This document shows, piece by piece, positions 37,992 to 52,900 of a DNA stretch of 64,000 nucleotides. Numbering within the stretch: position 1 is the stretch's first letter; every line of letters starts with the position of its first letter. The notes below the pieces were generated by a model. That model did not search any database and was not told where the DNA came from. It saw only the letters and a list, made by a program, of their open reading frames with translations. The DNA is taken from positions 9,379,309-9,443,308 of the forward strand of contig CM082591.2 in assembly GCA_040954595.2 (NCBI GenBank). The letters are read 5' to 3'. The translations under genes and the position numbers were made by a program. This DNA comes from Balanoglossus misakiensis. Taxonomy: Eukaryota > Animalia > Hemichordata.

Positions 37992-40900
37992 CTACAGCAG
38001 TTGTTGGATAGCTATAAAAGTCATCATCATAATAAGTTGAACATGATATCTTCCATGACCAGGTTCTGCAAACAAATAAGACAATAATCGTGATATGTAA
38101 GTATACGCAGGTATTGGTATGTGTATGTATGATAAAACACTTACAAATGTGTGTGTTTATGTGAGAGCAAGCGCATGGAAATTCAGTTTCTTGTAACTGG
38201 CACTCAGTGATCTGACCATGTGAGACCCACGGCGGTGTCATTTCCAGGTGACGGGCAAGCAATATTTCAGCATCCAGTAAAGGTTTCTCCTAGTATGTAT
38301 CTGCTTTAGTCTCGGTTACCCAGAGCCCTCCGCTTCTTCCGTTGGGCACTCCAGAAAGAGGGTCTGGGGAAACCCCATAGAAAACTCTCCGGGCAAAGAG
38401 ACTAAAGCGATGCATGATGGTCGACATTTATAACATTTGGTATTATGATATGACGATATTAGAAAACTATTTACGAAAGTTATTTACGAAACTTCTCTCT
38501 CTCTTCAATTTTTATACAGTTTTAGCAGGTCTAGCATGAACTTCTCAGCATTTTTTTATGTTTGCGGCTGCAACCATCATGCATCTAACACACACCGACT
38601 CACATTTGGTCCATTGTTCTGACATTACAATATCATTCGACAATTCGCACGGAGGACCGTGGACAACGATTCTGCTAGCCTATTTATTATTCTGTGGACA
38701 ATTTAAAATCCGCCAATACTTCAAATTTTACTCTGTCACTGGATTTTACCGCTCGTCAAACCGGTGTCTGGCCAGGCTGAGTTTATTGCAATCGCTTAGA
38801 AGGACTTTACCGACAACCCGCCAGAAAAGAACGTCGATTGCGCACTGCTGATCGCACTTCGTCGCTGAACAGTCAACTGCTAAAAACTGACCATAGCTCA
38901 AGTTCCACGGCTTTCAGAGAAGTATTGCGATTAGCCCACCTGGTCAAACAGATTACGCAGATAAACTACCAACGCTTCCGACCGTTAGTAATACAGTCAT
39001 TAGGGACGACGACCACTCCCAATCACTCCCAATCACTCCCAAATAAACAGCTATACAAACACACGTTAATCCGAAGCCCCGGCCTTTCCGCACTGGGGTT
39101 AAGAACTGCCAGACACGCAACATGTATCAGGCCTCATCGGCCTCATGGCGTTTCGTCTGCTCTGTCTTTGTCTGCACCACTTTGCTGAAGTTGCCCGTCA
39201 TCTGGAAATTTGCATGCCAACGTAACTGCCGCCTGAGCGCGTCTGACGTCATTTTATATCGAAGAATGCCAACGTAACTGCGCCTGAGCACGTCTGACGT
39301 CATTTGATATCGCCTGGACCTTCGGGCGAGCGAGTGTGGGTGTAGCTCTGCGTACAGGCGTGGCTGGAAGTGATGGAAGCGAGCGCACGCTGTAAGCGAT
39401 CTCGAAGGTCCGGACGAGACACCCCTGTGTATCAAAGCACATAAATCACACACGTAAAATATTGCTATAATAGTATCGCTCACCAGTTCCACCAACAGCC
39501 TCTTCAAACTCCTCGTCTGACCAATCAAAGTTCCCACACGTTTTGAATCCCTTGGGTGTTGGAGGCATATTCTTGTGGCTACCCTCCTTCAACATTAACG
39601 CCATGCCTTCTACTTGATGAATTTCAATGTGACAGTGAACAAACCACCAACCTACAGACAGTCATTATTTGTACCATTAACCAGCAGGCTATAATTATTG
39701 ATGATAAGGAGACAGAGACGAAAGACAGTAAAAAAGAGGCCAAACAAATAATATGCGCTGTTCCGATTACATGGTTTTCAAAAATAGGATAGGAAGGTGG
39801 GGATTTTGTTTGTTGCGATTTTTTTTATTTCTCAGGCCGCCGTAGTGTAGAAGAATGACGTCATATTTCTTGCGTGATACTCGCAATTTTCATAAATTTT
39901 GTATATTTGACATTGTTAGTTTTACTTCCGGGTATACGAAGCTCTAAAAAGTTTAGGGTCGGCGGGTTAAAATTAGGGTAGGTCGGGTAATCGGAACAGC
40001 ACATATTTTTCATTTTGGCCTAAAGAACACATTCCGAACTAATTTCGGAATTCTGGATAAATTTCTGGAATTTCCTTTTAATCTTGGATTTTCTTCAACA
40101 GACATAAGTGTTGCCATCACCTTGATGCAAGTGTATCATAATTTGTGTTAAAGGTAAATGGCACGATGATATGTTCACATCTGTATGAGGAATACTGAAG
40201 TGTAGGTTTACATCAAATTTGACTTGCTTATGTTCATATATGGTAAACAGCGTGTCCATGACTTCATGTAACAGTTTGCCGGCAAATGTTCTCACAGTCA
40301 CCCTACGAAAATCAGTGACGTGCTAGATATAAACTTTTTTATGGAAACTGCCACTAAATGTGCATAGGTGACAATATACCCATAAAGCTGCATGTATAGT
40401 GGTGCCAAACCCAGAGACTACAAAGTGAAAGTATCAGAACATGAAACTACTGTTTTCACATCTCTAGTTTGTTATCCTCCCTTGAACACTTAACTGAGAA
40501 CGGGGATGACTCATCGTAAATGCACCATCTCGTCAAGAAGACAACAACTTAAAGGTATTTTCTCGATCCCAGGGCAGTACAATGAAGGCAAACAAGAAAG
40601 CCTTTGTGTTAGCACGTAACTGTTTATTGGAAACAAAAGATTTGACCCACTGTTGAGCAAAGCCTTTAAGCGGAAATTAGACACATGAGATTAATCCTCA
40701 CCTCGGTTGTCAGCCAGAAATCGAATAATAACATATCCACCGACAGGTACAATGACGGTATCTTTAATTGGAGGATTGTCCAGATTTAAACCAGGGATAT
40801 TGTCGCCACTCCAGTTTCCATTGGCCCATTTTCCAGCATTGCATCGCACACTGCCATTACAGTCAATGTCAGTAGTATCCTCAAGAAATTTTCCAGTTGT

Positions 40901-43900
40901 TTCGTCGTACTGAGGATATCCAGCCTTTAAAACATAGAAGTGATGTCCGTGCACATGAACAGGGTGAGCTGTTCCTTGTAGACCTTCCCCTGTGAAATCA
41001 GAAATAGAAGTGTCATATCAGGGCTCATGGAAATTAAATTGTTTTCTATTTTCAATGCGACAACATACCCCTGAGCAGCGAAGAGAAGAGTTGAACTCAC
41101 CCAATCGGATATTGTAGAGAACAATTTGAACGGTATTGCCTGGTGTTATTTCTACAAAGTAGGTGCAATCACAGTGGTTTTGTTCACATTCTTCGTCATT
41201 ACACAGCACCATGAATTCTGAGTAATCGTCACCTGGAAGGGTCTATCAGAAGTAATAAGATACATAGATGTTTATATACTAGCTCTTCGCGCGGTGTTTA
41301 AAGTGCATATCTTGCCTTATTAAATCTTATCAGAAGGTTAAAAAATGTTCAAAAGAAATGTACTATTTTCCAAAAGTGACAAAATTTTTCGGGTATCGAT
41401 TTCTATAATATTTGTTTTGTTCTCATAAAATGCTTCAAAATCCACCCCGTCCTGAAAAGTCCGAGTTCAGATTTGCTGCATTTTGGTCACGTGATGTGAC
41501 GTCACAAGAGGAACCCGTCAGGTAGACCAGCTTTAGCGGTGCTTACAGGTGTCATACGGTGTTTTCGTGCTTTTCTCTGTAATACCACAATGGGAAAAGG
41601 AGTTGTTTGCCGTGGTTGCAGCAACACATTGCCTAGACGGGAGTCACCCGTGTGAGTTCCACAAAAACGAATGAAAGTCTATGCCACGATCATCAACATC
41701 GTACGGTGGATATGAAGCCGGCGCGGCGCCAGTGACGGCCGCGACCGTAACTGTCAATGCATGACCGTTGAACCATAATCGGCCAGGTTCGAATCACGGG
41801 AAGACAATCCCCACCCATACAGGAAAATAGAAGCCTGTCAGCAGGAGAGGTCGACCAACAGATCGTTTATGCCCGGTATTGGTGTTCATACAATGTTCCA
41901 GCGACCGCGATTTACACAGTACTGTAGACAAGTAGTAGTAGGTGAACTGGCAGGATGCGTAAACACAATTTTGCATTGGCCGACATCATGTTGAGATTGT
42001 TTATTATTATTCACGCTTCCGTCTGGCTAACCGGTACACAGTGACCGCAAACTTCGATAATTAAGGTTGACAGCAATTGATGTAAAAACTTGAACGTTCA
42101 AAATATTACCGTTACTTTTTCACGTTTCATTTTTCAGTCGTATCTTTGTATGGCTTCGGCTGAATGGTCGCCATCTTTCTTTTCTAATTGGATATGTCCA
42201 ACTCATCGGCTCCAAAACACACTGTACAAATTTTGAAACAAAGTGTGTTGAATAAATTTTGACTCGTGTGAGTGAAAACTGTTTCCAAACTTAGATATTC
42301 GTGTGTATCAATGAAAATGTTTCATGCTTTGTGAGCGTGAGTGGGTCGGCCTGGCATGATCGCCTGTTGCTGTTGGCTGTATGGTTTCATTTTGTTATAA
42401 TGCAGTATGAAGCGTGTCAAGGAACTTCCGTGATTACAACGACAAGTCATACATGTTTATGTTTGTCATCACCAAAAAGGCATAGCTTACATGTAATTCA
42501 GAAGACAAAATTTTAGTGCTGGTAGTAAATATACATCGCGGCGCGATATGTGTCATCGCTGCCGATCGGCGCTGATGGAGTTCCCTTGGCCTTGTACAAT
42601 AACACACGCGTATTTTGTCATCGAAAATCGCCAAAAGACCACGATCAGTTATCAATAAGTTGACATTGTCCAAGATAAGTAGATTTAGACCCAACACTCT
42701 AGACCTAAACCCCTGGGCAATATTCCACGGTTTAATCGAGGCAGCAATCATTGTATGTGTAAGGTGCCTATACACATCCACTGCCATTGCATGTTGTGTA
42801 CTGCTTGCAATGCGTAGCCGTAGCCTAACCGGGCCAAGTCGGGTTTTTTTCATAATCGCATCTCCCCTAGATGATAAGGTATACATATGTACGTTTATGT
42901 ACCCAGGCTGGCACAGCAAAGCCATTTAGATCACAGGCATGCATGGTTGCAATTCAACCACTGCAATGTACAGTGCTAAGTCTGTTGCAAACGTAAATTG
43001 GTTCCTCTTGTGACGTCACGGAAATGGGCGTGGCCTAAACAGAACTTTTTTCTCAGGCCCTGAACATTTTTAAATTTAACATTTATTTATCCATATGAAA
43101 TAAGTAAAAGGACACCAGCATTTAACACACAAGCCCAATTATTATTTATCCTCAAAAGTGTGTTTCGAGGTAAGATAGGCTCTTTAAAGGGGAAATTCGG
43201 TCCAGTTGATTTCTACATAATTTTGTAGCTTTGAGGTCACTCTTTCAGAAAAAAACACATATTCGCCATGTATGAGTCGTGCGATATTTTTTTTACAAAA
43301 TCGAGGGAAAGTTGGCAGAATTTCCAATATGGCCGTTTACTGTAATTTGAATCATGGGGAAAAAAGAGCCAGGACCAACTTCCGTCCACGTTGGTGTGGG
43401 TGATACCATTTTCCGATTGGTGTCACTGTATTTGTATAGCTATTACATGTATTTGTACTTTGCATCAGTTGAGTAACAATCAGGAGCAAAGTCGAAAATT
43501 TGTCATCTGATGACAGTTTTTATGAGCTTTAACCCATGAAAAATATGCCACGCTTAGCCTGTCACGCATACATTGCGAATTTGTTTTTATCTGAAAGAGT
43601 GACCTCAAAGCTACCAAATTATATAGAAATCAGCTGGACCGGATTTCCCCTTTAAATCACGCATGCCCATGGATTCCCACATGACACACTTTCAGCTAAT
43701 CAGGGAAGGCCACCTTTTCAGCGTACTTTTTCAGCCGGCACTGCTGGTTCACGCTGCTTTCACTTTGTCATAGCAGTTTGCTTTTCACCCACCCGCCCAT
43801 CCCTCTGCCTTGTAGTTGCTTGACTTTTACAGTGTCACCTTTCATGATACATGTATGTCATATCCTTTTTTGCTTGTCTTTTGCATTTTGTATACATTTA

Positions 43901-46900
43901 GTATGGGGCAGTAGATGTAGATTTATAGTTAGTGATGAGTTTCTGTAGGTTAGAACCCAAGTCTGATCGAGTGTTGTGTGGTTTAATTGCTGTATTTGTG
44001 TGCACAAATGTGCCATCGCTGTGATTCATGTATAAAGTGTGAACAATTATGACATGACCATTGAATGTGGCGGATTCCTTGTTTGTTTGAAACACTTCTT
44101 TGTTCATTTCTTTAGTTCTCATCGTTTGTGGATTCGACGCTGTCTTGCTTTCTTGTTTCATGCGCGTTGTTTCTCTACGTCTTATGACGTCACATGGGAG
44201 ACAGGGGTATCATGGCGAAGTTGGCTCTGGTACGAAAAGCACTTAACGTGCCCCATGGAAGCGATTTCTGGTAATCGCATTCGACCACTTGTGACGTCAC
44301 GGCACACGAGGTCGATGACCTATGGTGCTGTCAAAGTTGCAGTTTCACGAAATTGCGAATACTCCGCGGTGTTGCTGTGAACGCAAACATTTTGTTCATC
44401 CCCACTTGAATCAAATTATACAGAAAGTTCACAGTAAACAAGAAAACCGTTCCACGGATGACGATGTTTTGTGTCACTTCTATCACTAATCCCACGTCAA
44501 AACCATTCTTCTGATGAAAGCATCTTATTTAAAGGTTTGTGGTATTGATGTGGTTAAAGTCAGTCATAAAAAGGTTAAAGGGACATTAGCTGAAAATATA
44601 GCGAAAAGCCAGAGCTAATTGAGCGTCGGGTTTATCCTTCTAAGTCGGTCATAACATTCTGTATACCTCACCCGAATACTGACGTCTTTCATTTTGCTTT
44701 TATGTACTTACTGCAGGTGGTGCTGATGGTGGGATAAATCGTCGGCCATTAACAGAAGATCTCAGAGCAGGATTCCCAGAGAAATGAAAATTAATGAAAT
44801 GTTCTTCGAAGCCGGCACCACCAGAACTCTTGGGGACTTTAGCATGGCCTGGAGCCTTGAACTCAGATATTGGTATGCAGGTGCTGTATTGATCAGCTGG
44901 ATGGTACCTGTCATGATGATTTTACATTAAGTAGTAAAGGTAAGAAACACTTGAAGTGGACTTCAACACCACCACTGTTTCCCTACGATCGCCTAATGCA
45001 CATGTGCGTAATTTTGAGAGTGCACACATTGCGTCCTATCCAAATGTTCTGCAAATTTTGCATTCGACGCATTCCAATAATGGACGACTTTCGCTTCCTT
45101 CCATATTTCATGTACACTGTATACATAGACTTTAGTTTTCTCCCTTCTTTTCACCTTATTTCTTGTCTGTTGTTAGGGCTGCACAGTGCCTTATGGCATT
45201 GACTGTATATTTTTGTAACCACAGTCTCTGGTTTGGTACATGCGCATAAGGCGAGTGTCGCCATTTAAAGCGATTTCATGAGCAACATGTTACGTTACGT
45301 TATAATGGTATTACCGATATAAATGTACGTTTCAGAACAGATTCTAGTTTTAAAAAAATCCCAGTCACCCATCAGGGCTTTGGTTATGGATGTATCCGTG
45401 TGTAGGTGGTGGATAGTAGTACAGGCAGTGCCACTTAAATCAAAGGTTTGGTTTGGAAATATGGTTTAGTGGTAAGCGTTAAAACAGGTACAGAATAATT
45501 TGAATGTCTAATGATTACGAACCCAAAGGGACAATTGGCAACATGACATGGTTCCGTAGCTGTGCAGACATCGAGTTGAGTGGTAGGAAATGCAACTGGC
45601 GCGCTTTCATAATGCAGTATAGCTTCAACATGACCAAAGTTCACTCTTTCCTACAAGATAAACGAGAAAAATAGACAAGCTTAATGGGACAAATTCTCTC
45701 TCTCCCGTTTATGTTATTCTACATGTGGATATATAGTGAATCAAAGTTCGACCACACTTGACTTGACTCTTAAACATGATTAAATAGCACCAGTAAGACT
45801 GCTGTGCATCACGTGTAAAATTACTCATGACACTAAATCCACAAAGCTGGATTTTGATCTGTGCGTCTACGTCTGTTGTGTACTTGTTATGACAGGTTAT
45901 GGTGATCTCGACTCATGTATTGCTCTGAGTGATTGGCATGCATGAAATGAGGACACATGAACAGGGTAGGTTTTGGATATATGCACGAGCCTTCAACTGA
46001 TTCTGCTGACGTTATTCAGCGCTGTCAACAAAATCCTCCCACTTATTTCGCAAACAAATCAATTATTCATTCATTCATTCAATTAATCGATCGCTCGATC
46101 GATCGATCAAACGACCTCTCGATCGGTCAGTTAGCCAGTCAGTCAGCCAGCCAGTCGATCGACTGTCAACAAACTTAATCGATCGATAACCTGATCGTTC
46201 GAGTAATGGATCGATGAATAGGAAAGTTGGTAAAATACAAATTACTTACATTCTTTATGTTGTCCACCTCAAGAGTGTCTGCTCGTATCCAGTAATTTGA
46301 CTGTGGTTTATTGCTCTCAATATAGAAGTCAAATCTCTCTCCGGTATGAATTATAATAGATTCCACTAATTGAGGCGTCACGTAATTTCCATCGGTTGCA
46401 AATACATGAAGATCGTGACCGTCAATTGAAACACGGAAGGCGTAGATCATCGCAGCGTTGATCAGCCGAAACCGATAAAATTTCCTAAACTTAACAGTGA
46501 CAGATTCCAAGGGAATGACTGTGTTTTCAGCATTTCCATTGAGATCGTAGTGCCAGCCTGTGGGGAAAATGGGATTGAATGAATCGCCCAAGGTTTAGCA
46601 AACAACCTCATCACATGAAAGTAAATTTTAATAGTCCTGCTGGTTTAATTTATTTTTTCGAATCTCTTTTGGGCAAATTTTGCCATGTTAGGTCAAAACC
46701 TCTGTTTGAGAGAAACTGTTAAATTTCTCTAATCTATTCTTTGCTATGATGTACTAAGGAAACATAAACATCGCTATGGGCATTTTAAATTATTCTTGCA
46801 AATGAATGTCTAATTTCTCGATACCTTGCACCACTACTCAGCGGTGATTTAAGATGATTCTGTTGAAATTGTCATTTTTTTCTCTCATTTCTTTCTTGGA

Positions 46901-49900
46901 CCTGGTAATTAGCTTACATTGAATGGTATTGATTATTGGACCTGATTTGATGTCTTATTCAAAATGTGAAATTGCAAGCATTAAATCACGGTTTACCTTT
47001 TCCATTGATTAACCCTGACACAAACGGAGTCACTCCGATTTCTGTGCCATCTAATTGTCGCGTTTGGTAGAAACATTGTGCTGTGTTACTGTAGCCGGGA
47101 GTGAATCTACCAATAAAATAGTAGTTGTCGACTATTATAATATTATGACATGAGGTAGAACGTCACGTGATATGATGAATAGTTCCTGAAGGAAAACAAT
47201 GAGACTTTAATTGAAACTGCATCAGCTCACCTAGTCTAGAATCCAGACTACAGTATTTTTCGCTATGCTCCACATATAGTCTAGCCTTGTTGTCTAATTC
47301 TTAAATTTTTGCTATTTGCATGTCAAAGGACTTTAACCATGGCGACTCAGATCATGATCATGGCCTCTAACAAGTAAATTATAACCTGATCTACTATTGA
47401 TTGGCTGAATTAATTAGCAGGGGTGTTTTTCAATATCAGTGACCTGAGTTGCAATGGTTACAGTCCTTTGACATGCAAATACCAAAAATTCAAAAAATTA
47501 GACGACAAGACCAGACTGTGTGGAGAAAAAACACACAAGTCTGGATTCTAGACTACACCTCAGCATCAGTGCGCCCTCTAAGCCCATATGCTGCACCACT
47601 GACACAACAAACTCACTGATTATCCACACTACAGTCAAGCCTGTGTTAGTGGCCATCTCTATACTGAGCTCACTACTTACCATGTGATCAAGATCATGAC
47701 ATCTTATGGGTCAATTACAACTTGATCTTCTACTGATTGGCTGCATTAATGATCAGAGGTATCAGCCAGAACGCAACGCCTTCATTAACATATGCAAATG
47801 AGGAATCTGATTTGAAAAACGAGGTCGTTACACTGAGCCCCGAAAAGGGTGTCTGAATTGGGTCATTTTTTCCCGAACTTTGGTCATGAACCGCTATCAA
47901 CAGCGTGTGTTCTGAGTAGTTTTGTTGGTTTTATTTAAAGGTACATATATCGAACTATATCTTCGGGAATTTTTTTGATGATTAATGCTATAGTTTTAGA
48001 GAAATGACGTAAAGTGCAGAGTAATGAAAATTCACGTTTTCGAAACATGCGTCGCTAAATTCTTGAACGGACTGTTGCACCAAGTTCTTTTAGAAATCCG
48101 ATGTAATATTTATAAAGTATAGACATTGGCTTTCCATAATTGGCCCTTCTTCCCGTGAAGTTTGTATACTTTCCGGGGCATATTAACGAAGTTATGACGA
48201 TTTAAATTTGTTTACTTTTTGCCGTGACGAGGCCATTTTCAGTGGGAAATGGCGGTAGTTTACAGCGTAGGCGGCCATTGTCGAGCGTTCATTGCATGCA
48301 TGTGTATATTGTTTACGTCCCACTTGAAGTGTTGATAAATGCACATATTCGAAATGAATTCATTTTATATCGGCTATTTAAACTAGCATGGTACCTACTA
48401 TTCTTGAAAATTAACTATGATCATTGAGATCTGCCTAAACTACGTAATTTTGGACCGTTTTAATAAGTTCGATGTACATCTACAATACGGTACACACAAG
48501 GCTGGTTCAGCAGGCTTGTGTGTCCGCTTACGGCGATGCCTCCACATGTACATTATGGCCTTACAGATTTCGTCGACTGTGGTGTTTCACAAAAAAAAAC
48601 GTCATTGAGCGATAAAACAAACGTTTGTAAAAATCAATCCGATTCTTTCAACTCCAAACAAAATCGCGTCAAACAGAGACCGCAAACAGCAACTGGGATA
48701 CTTGCGTTGCGTATTTACTAAGTGCAGTGTTTACATCAACGGCCGGGAAACCTCGGGTCACGTGTAGGTCACCTGACAACTTCCGGGTAAAACTCCCCGT
48801 TTTTTAGCGAAAATTCTTGAACTGACCGTTGCACTTGTATCTTTACGAGCTTTTTTACACGGTCATTTTAAGTGTAGAAAAACCCACGTAACCCTGAAAT
48901 CTGTAAACTTTCCGGTGCATATTATGGAAACTGGAAGCGAAAAACTGGACCATATTTTCGACCGCTGAAGTAACTTCGGAAAATCGCCGTAATATCAATA
49001 TTTCAGCAAATAATTCCGAAATCCATTTGAATGGCACGAAATAAGACATGTCAGGGGAGGTTTTCGCGTTTACATGATTTAAAATAAAGCACTCTAGCGA
49101 AAGTTACGGCAAGTTGAAAATGCCTAAAAAAACGGTCTGTGAGCGGCCATTCAAAATGTAACGTCCTGATCTGGATAGGAGATAATATGCTAATGAAGGT
49201 GTTGCGTTCTGGCTGTATCGCTCAATATCAGTGACCTGTGTTGCGGTGACTCACCGCTGCATTTCCCAGAGGATTCGATTATTTATGTCTATAGAGGGCT
49301 CTCTCATCCAGTCATGTAGTTGAAGAATAAACTCCCCTTCGAAATCCGGAACGGGTTGAGTCGCTCTCTGTGACATAAGTGTACATAAATATACAAATGA
49401 TGAGACAATAGAAATTTCGAGAGAACTTTATAGCACTCCTTATACCCAAATTACAGTTGTTTGCAAAGCTATTGGTATGCGGAAAGTTTGCAGACGTTTA
49501 CGTCTCGTAAAAATGTTCATTTGATAATTAAGTGCAGGCTTAAAGGGAGAAAGTCTCTCTCCCGCTGCCCTTTTCCTATTAATCATGTTTGATACAAGAC
49601 ACTGTTTATGTTATTCTACATGTGGATATATAGTGAATCAACGTTCGATCACACACAACCTACATCCCGTATGTAGGATTTAAGAGTAAAAATCTCGCCA
49701 AAATGAATAAACGGTAAACTCCGATTATTCATTTCCATGAGTTTTTCACTCTGGTGTCTACAAGTCGGATGGAAGTTGAGTGTAGTCGAACTTTTATTCA
49801 CTATATATCCACATGTAGAATGAAATAAATAGTTTCTTCTATCAAACATAATTAATGGTAAAAGGGCAGCGAGAGAGAGACTTTGTCCCTTTAAACAGAA

Positions 49901-52900
49901 AACTACGTACCCTTTTACGATCCGAAACCTGGTCTTCACTTTCCAAGACGATCAAAGGTCCGTACAAACCATCGGTCCGTTGAACCCCAGCATGTGAATG
50001 ATACCAGTGAGTTCCAGGAGGCGTTGCCAAAAATCTGATAATGCAAAACACGGATAGAAATCAAAGTTGTACTTATGTTTAAAGCCTCTGGAGCTGCCAC
50101 TATCCGCATTTTTTATGATTTTATTTTCCAACTTAGATAGGTACAGCGAAATAAGCATACTAATAGGTAAACATCAACATCTCATCGACGCCCGATTGTG
50201 GCTGTATGTTGCAATTTGAACACGCTATATTAAACAGATGTCGCACACATTTAATATGCTTAAATGCAGGGAAGGTTAAACTTTGCATCAAAAGTAATTA
50301 CCCAAGTGTGTGTGGGTTGCGCGAAACAAGAACAAATTAAACCGATGGCATATTCCGAGAAGTTTGAAATAAATCATAAAGATCATTGGCTATTGCACTT
50401 GCTGTATCTGACACTTCTTGATAAGCATGTAAATACTGACATAAAAAATAATTTCTGTCAGTTCACGAAGTGTTTGCGTAGCGACATATCATGAGCATTC
50501 TGTCATGTTGAGGCCTCGAATGGTTTGACGCTTGAAATTCCGGGTAGATTATAGACTACGGGTACTTATCGAATGTACCCCGGCTTTCAGGTGAAGCTAA
50601 AACCTTCCTAGGCATATGATAATGTAGATTATAATATACCTCATGCTAATACTGTGCCGTGATTCGCCAGAATCCGTCACGTGATAGGAAAATAGAATCG
50701 ACTATGAACCGCTAGGGAGATAGCAGAAAAAATATAAACCGATCACGTGACCAACGTGGTCACGTCAATCAGCGTCGCGTCGTCTGACACAATGGCCACC
50801 GCTGAAGATGTCGTCTGCCAGCCTCAAGAGAAAATTGCAAGATTTTCCCAGCTGTTAGCATGAGGTTTATTATAAAACACCTATAGCCTGGCCTATATTC
50901 GGGCCATAGCAGCCGTTTTTACCCCCTCGTGGCTGTGAGTTACCAGAATCATATTTCCCTCGGCCTGCGGCCTCGGGAAATAGCATATGATTCTGGTAAC
51001 TCACACCCCTTCGGGTGTAATAAACGGCCGCTATGGCCCTCATGGCCAGGCAATAGGTGTTCAATATAAGCTTACCAGTTATTGCCACCGAAATAAGTAT
51101 AAGCGCGATAGTAAAATGAGTGATATGATATGAGAAACATTGATGGGTTAAGAACATTAATTTTACATTCAGTGACATCGACGATAATATTGCTTACCTG
51201 TATGTGAACGTCTCTCCTGGGTTAATAAGACAATGAGAAACTGATGCAACACCATCCATCCACGGAGTACCTTTTTGGACCATACCGTGCCAGTGTATAG
51301 ATATTCCTTCAGTTATCAACCGGTTTGTCACTCTCACAACAACCTATTGATAGCAAATGTCTATGCAGTTGTAGTCATTAAAAGGGATATTACCTATAAC
51401 TTTTACCGTTATTTTGAGTATTTTTGTGTGTGTATCAAGTGCAACTTCCTAGCCCTGCTCTACGCCAAACATGCATGCTAATATACCTAGTACTTCACAT
51501 GTCAACGTAGCCGGTAGATTTTTATTGTTGACAAATGAATTCTTTTTTCTCGATGTTTTTGTGTTAACACTTTAAGATATCAAACAAAGAGTGTCTCGGA
51601 TTTATTTTAAACCAACTAGCTCAATTTTTATGACACGAAAACTTGATGTAAGGATATACAAACGGCAATTTAAGTTCTTCAAAGAATACTTCTGAAGAGC
51701 AAGTGCCAAATTAATTTACCCGAGTGCCGTCTCTCACAACGATTGGAGGTCCAGGTAACTGACCATTGACAACAATTGCAGTACGATATGAACCATCGCC
51801 GGTCTGAACTTGGTCTAACTCTGCAAAATACAAGCATTCGGAAACATAATTAATATTAAAAACACATTCAACACATGGAATCATTATTTAGTTTCCATAG
51901 TTAGTATACGTCAATTTAATTTTATCAAATAGCTAAGAAGTTTATACTATCATATCTATAGACTTCTGTCTTCCCTTTTAGAGAAACTCCCTTCCAGTTT
52001 TCGATTGTTGAATGACACCCCCCCCCCTTTAATTCGTCCGACCCCCACGCCCTAAATAATGCCGGCTCCCTAATGACGTTGGTATATTAATTTTATCAAC
52101 GGCGATATCTAGCTTTTCCTCCGCATTTTGTCATTTTCATTTTTGTTCATTCAGTTTTCTTCAGCCTAAAGTGTTGGCAGTTTGTCCTGTAGAATATTTC
52201 CCTTTTCCTAGATTATTCTGTTTCTCTGTTGCTTTGTTTTTCCGCCAGATCTGTTAGAGTTTTTTCTTTATGTATTATGTATGACAGCATGCACGTGTTC
52301 TGCCCTTAGGCTGCATTCACAAACACCTCTGGAGGGGGGGGGCGGGAGAATTCAATTTTTTTTACCGCTAATTTTCACATGCCCCCCTTCTGAACTGCCA
52401 ATATTTTCAAATCCCCCCCTTCCGAACTGCAAAAATTTTGAAATCCCCCCCCACCAAGGGGGTGGGTTTGGGAGGGGGTGTCCCCCTCCCACGTAAGAAA
52501 ATTTTCTAAAAGACAGAGCTCAAAGCTGCATTTTAATGAACCTGGCAAAGGCAAATTAACTCAACTACCGGTATGTTGGGGAGGACAAATTTAACCGTCG
52601 CCGCTCAAAGTTATCATGGGGTGGGGCAAGTCCCCTGACCTGGGACACTAGATAAACCAGTCAATGATTGAAAGGTGTTGATGAATGGAGGGGGTGGGTG
52701 TGGGTGTCCCCCTCCCACATTAGAAAATTTTGTAAAATAAAGGGCGCGAAACTGCATTTTTGTGGACTCAAAAGAAATATTTAGTCGTTAAAGTTTTCAA
52801 GTCCCCCCCTTTCAGTCTCTAAATTATTTCAAATCCCCCCCCCCTTACATACCCTCAATTTTTTCAAATCCCCCCCTCAATTCTCCTGCCCCCCCCTCCA

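Noticed and set aside
37855-38262. 135-aa minus-strand ORF as a separate gene
   Set aside because: It overlaps the proposed last laccase exon in another frame and has no motif
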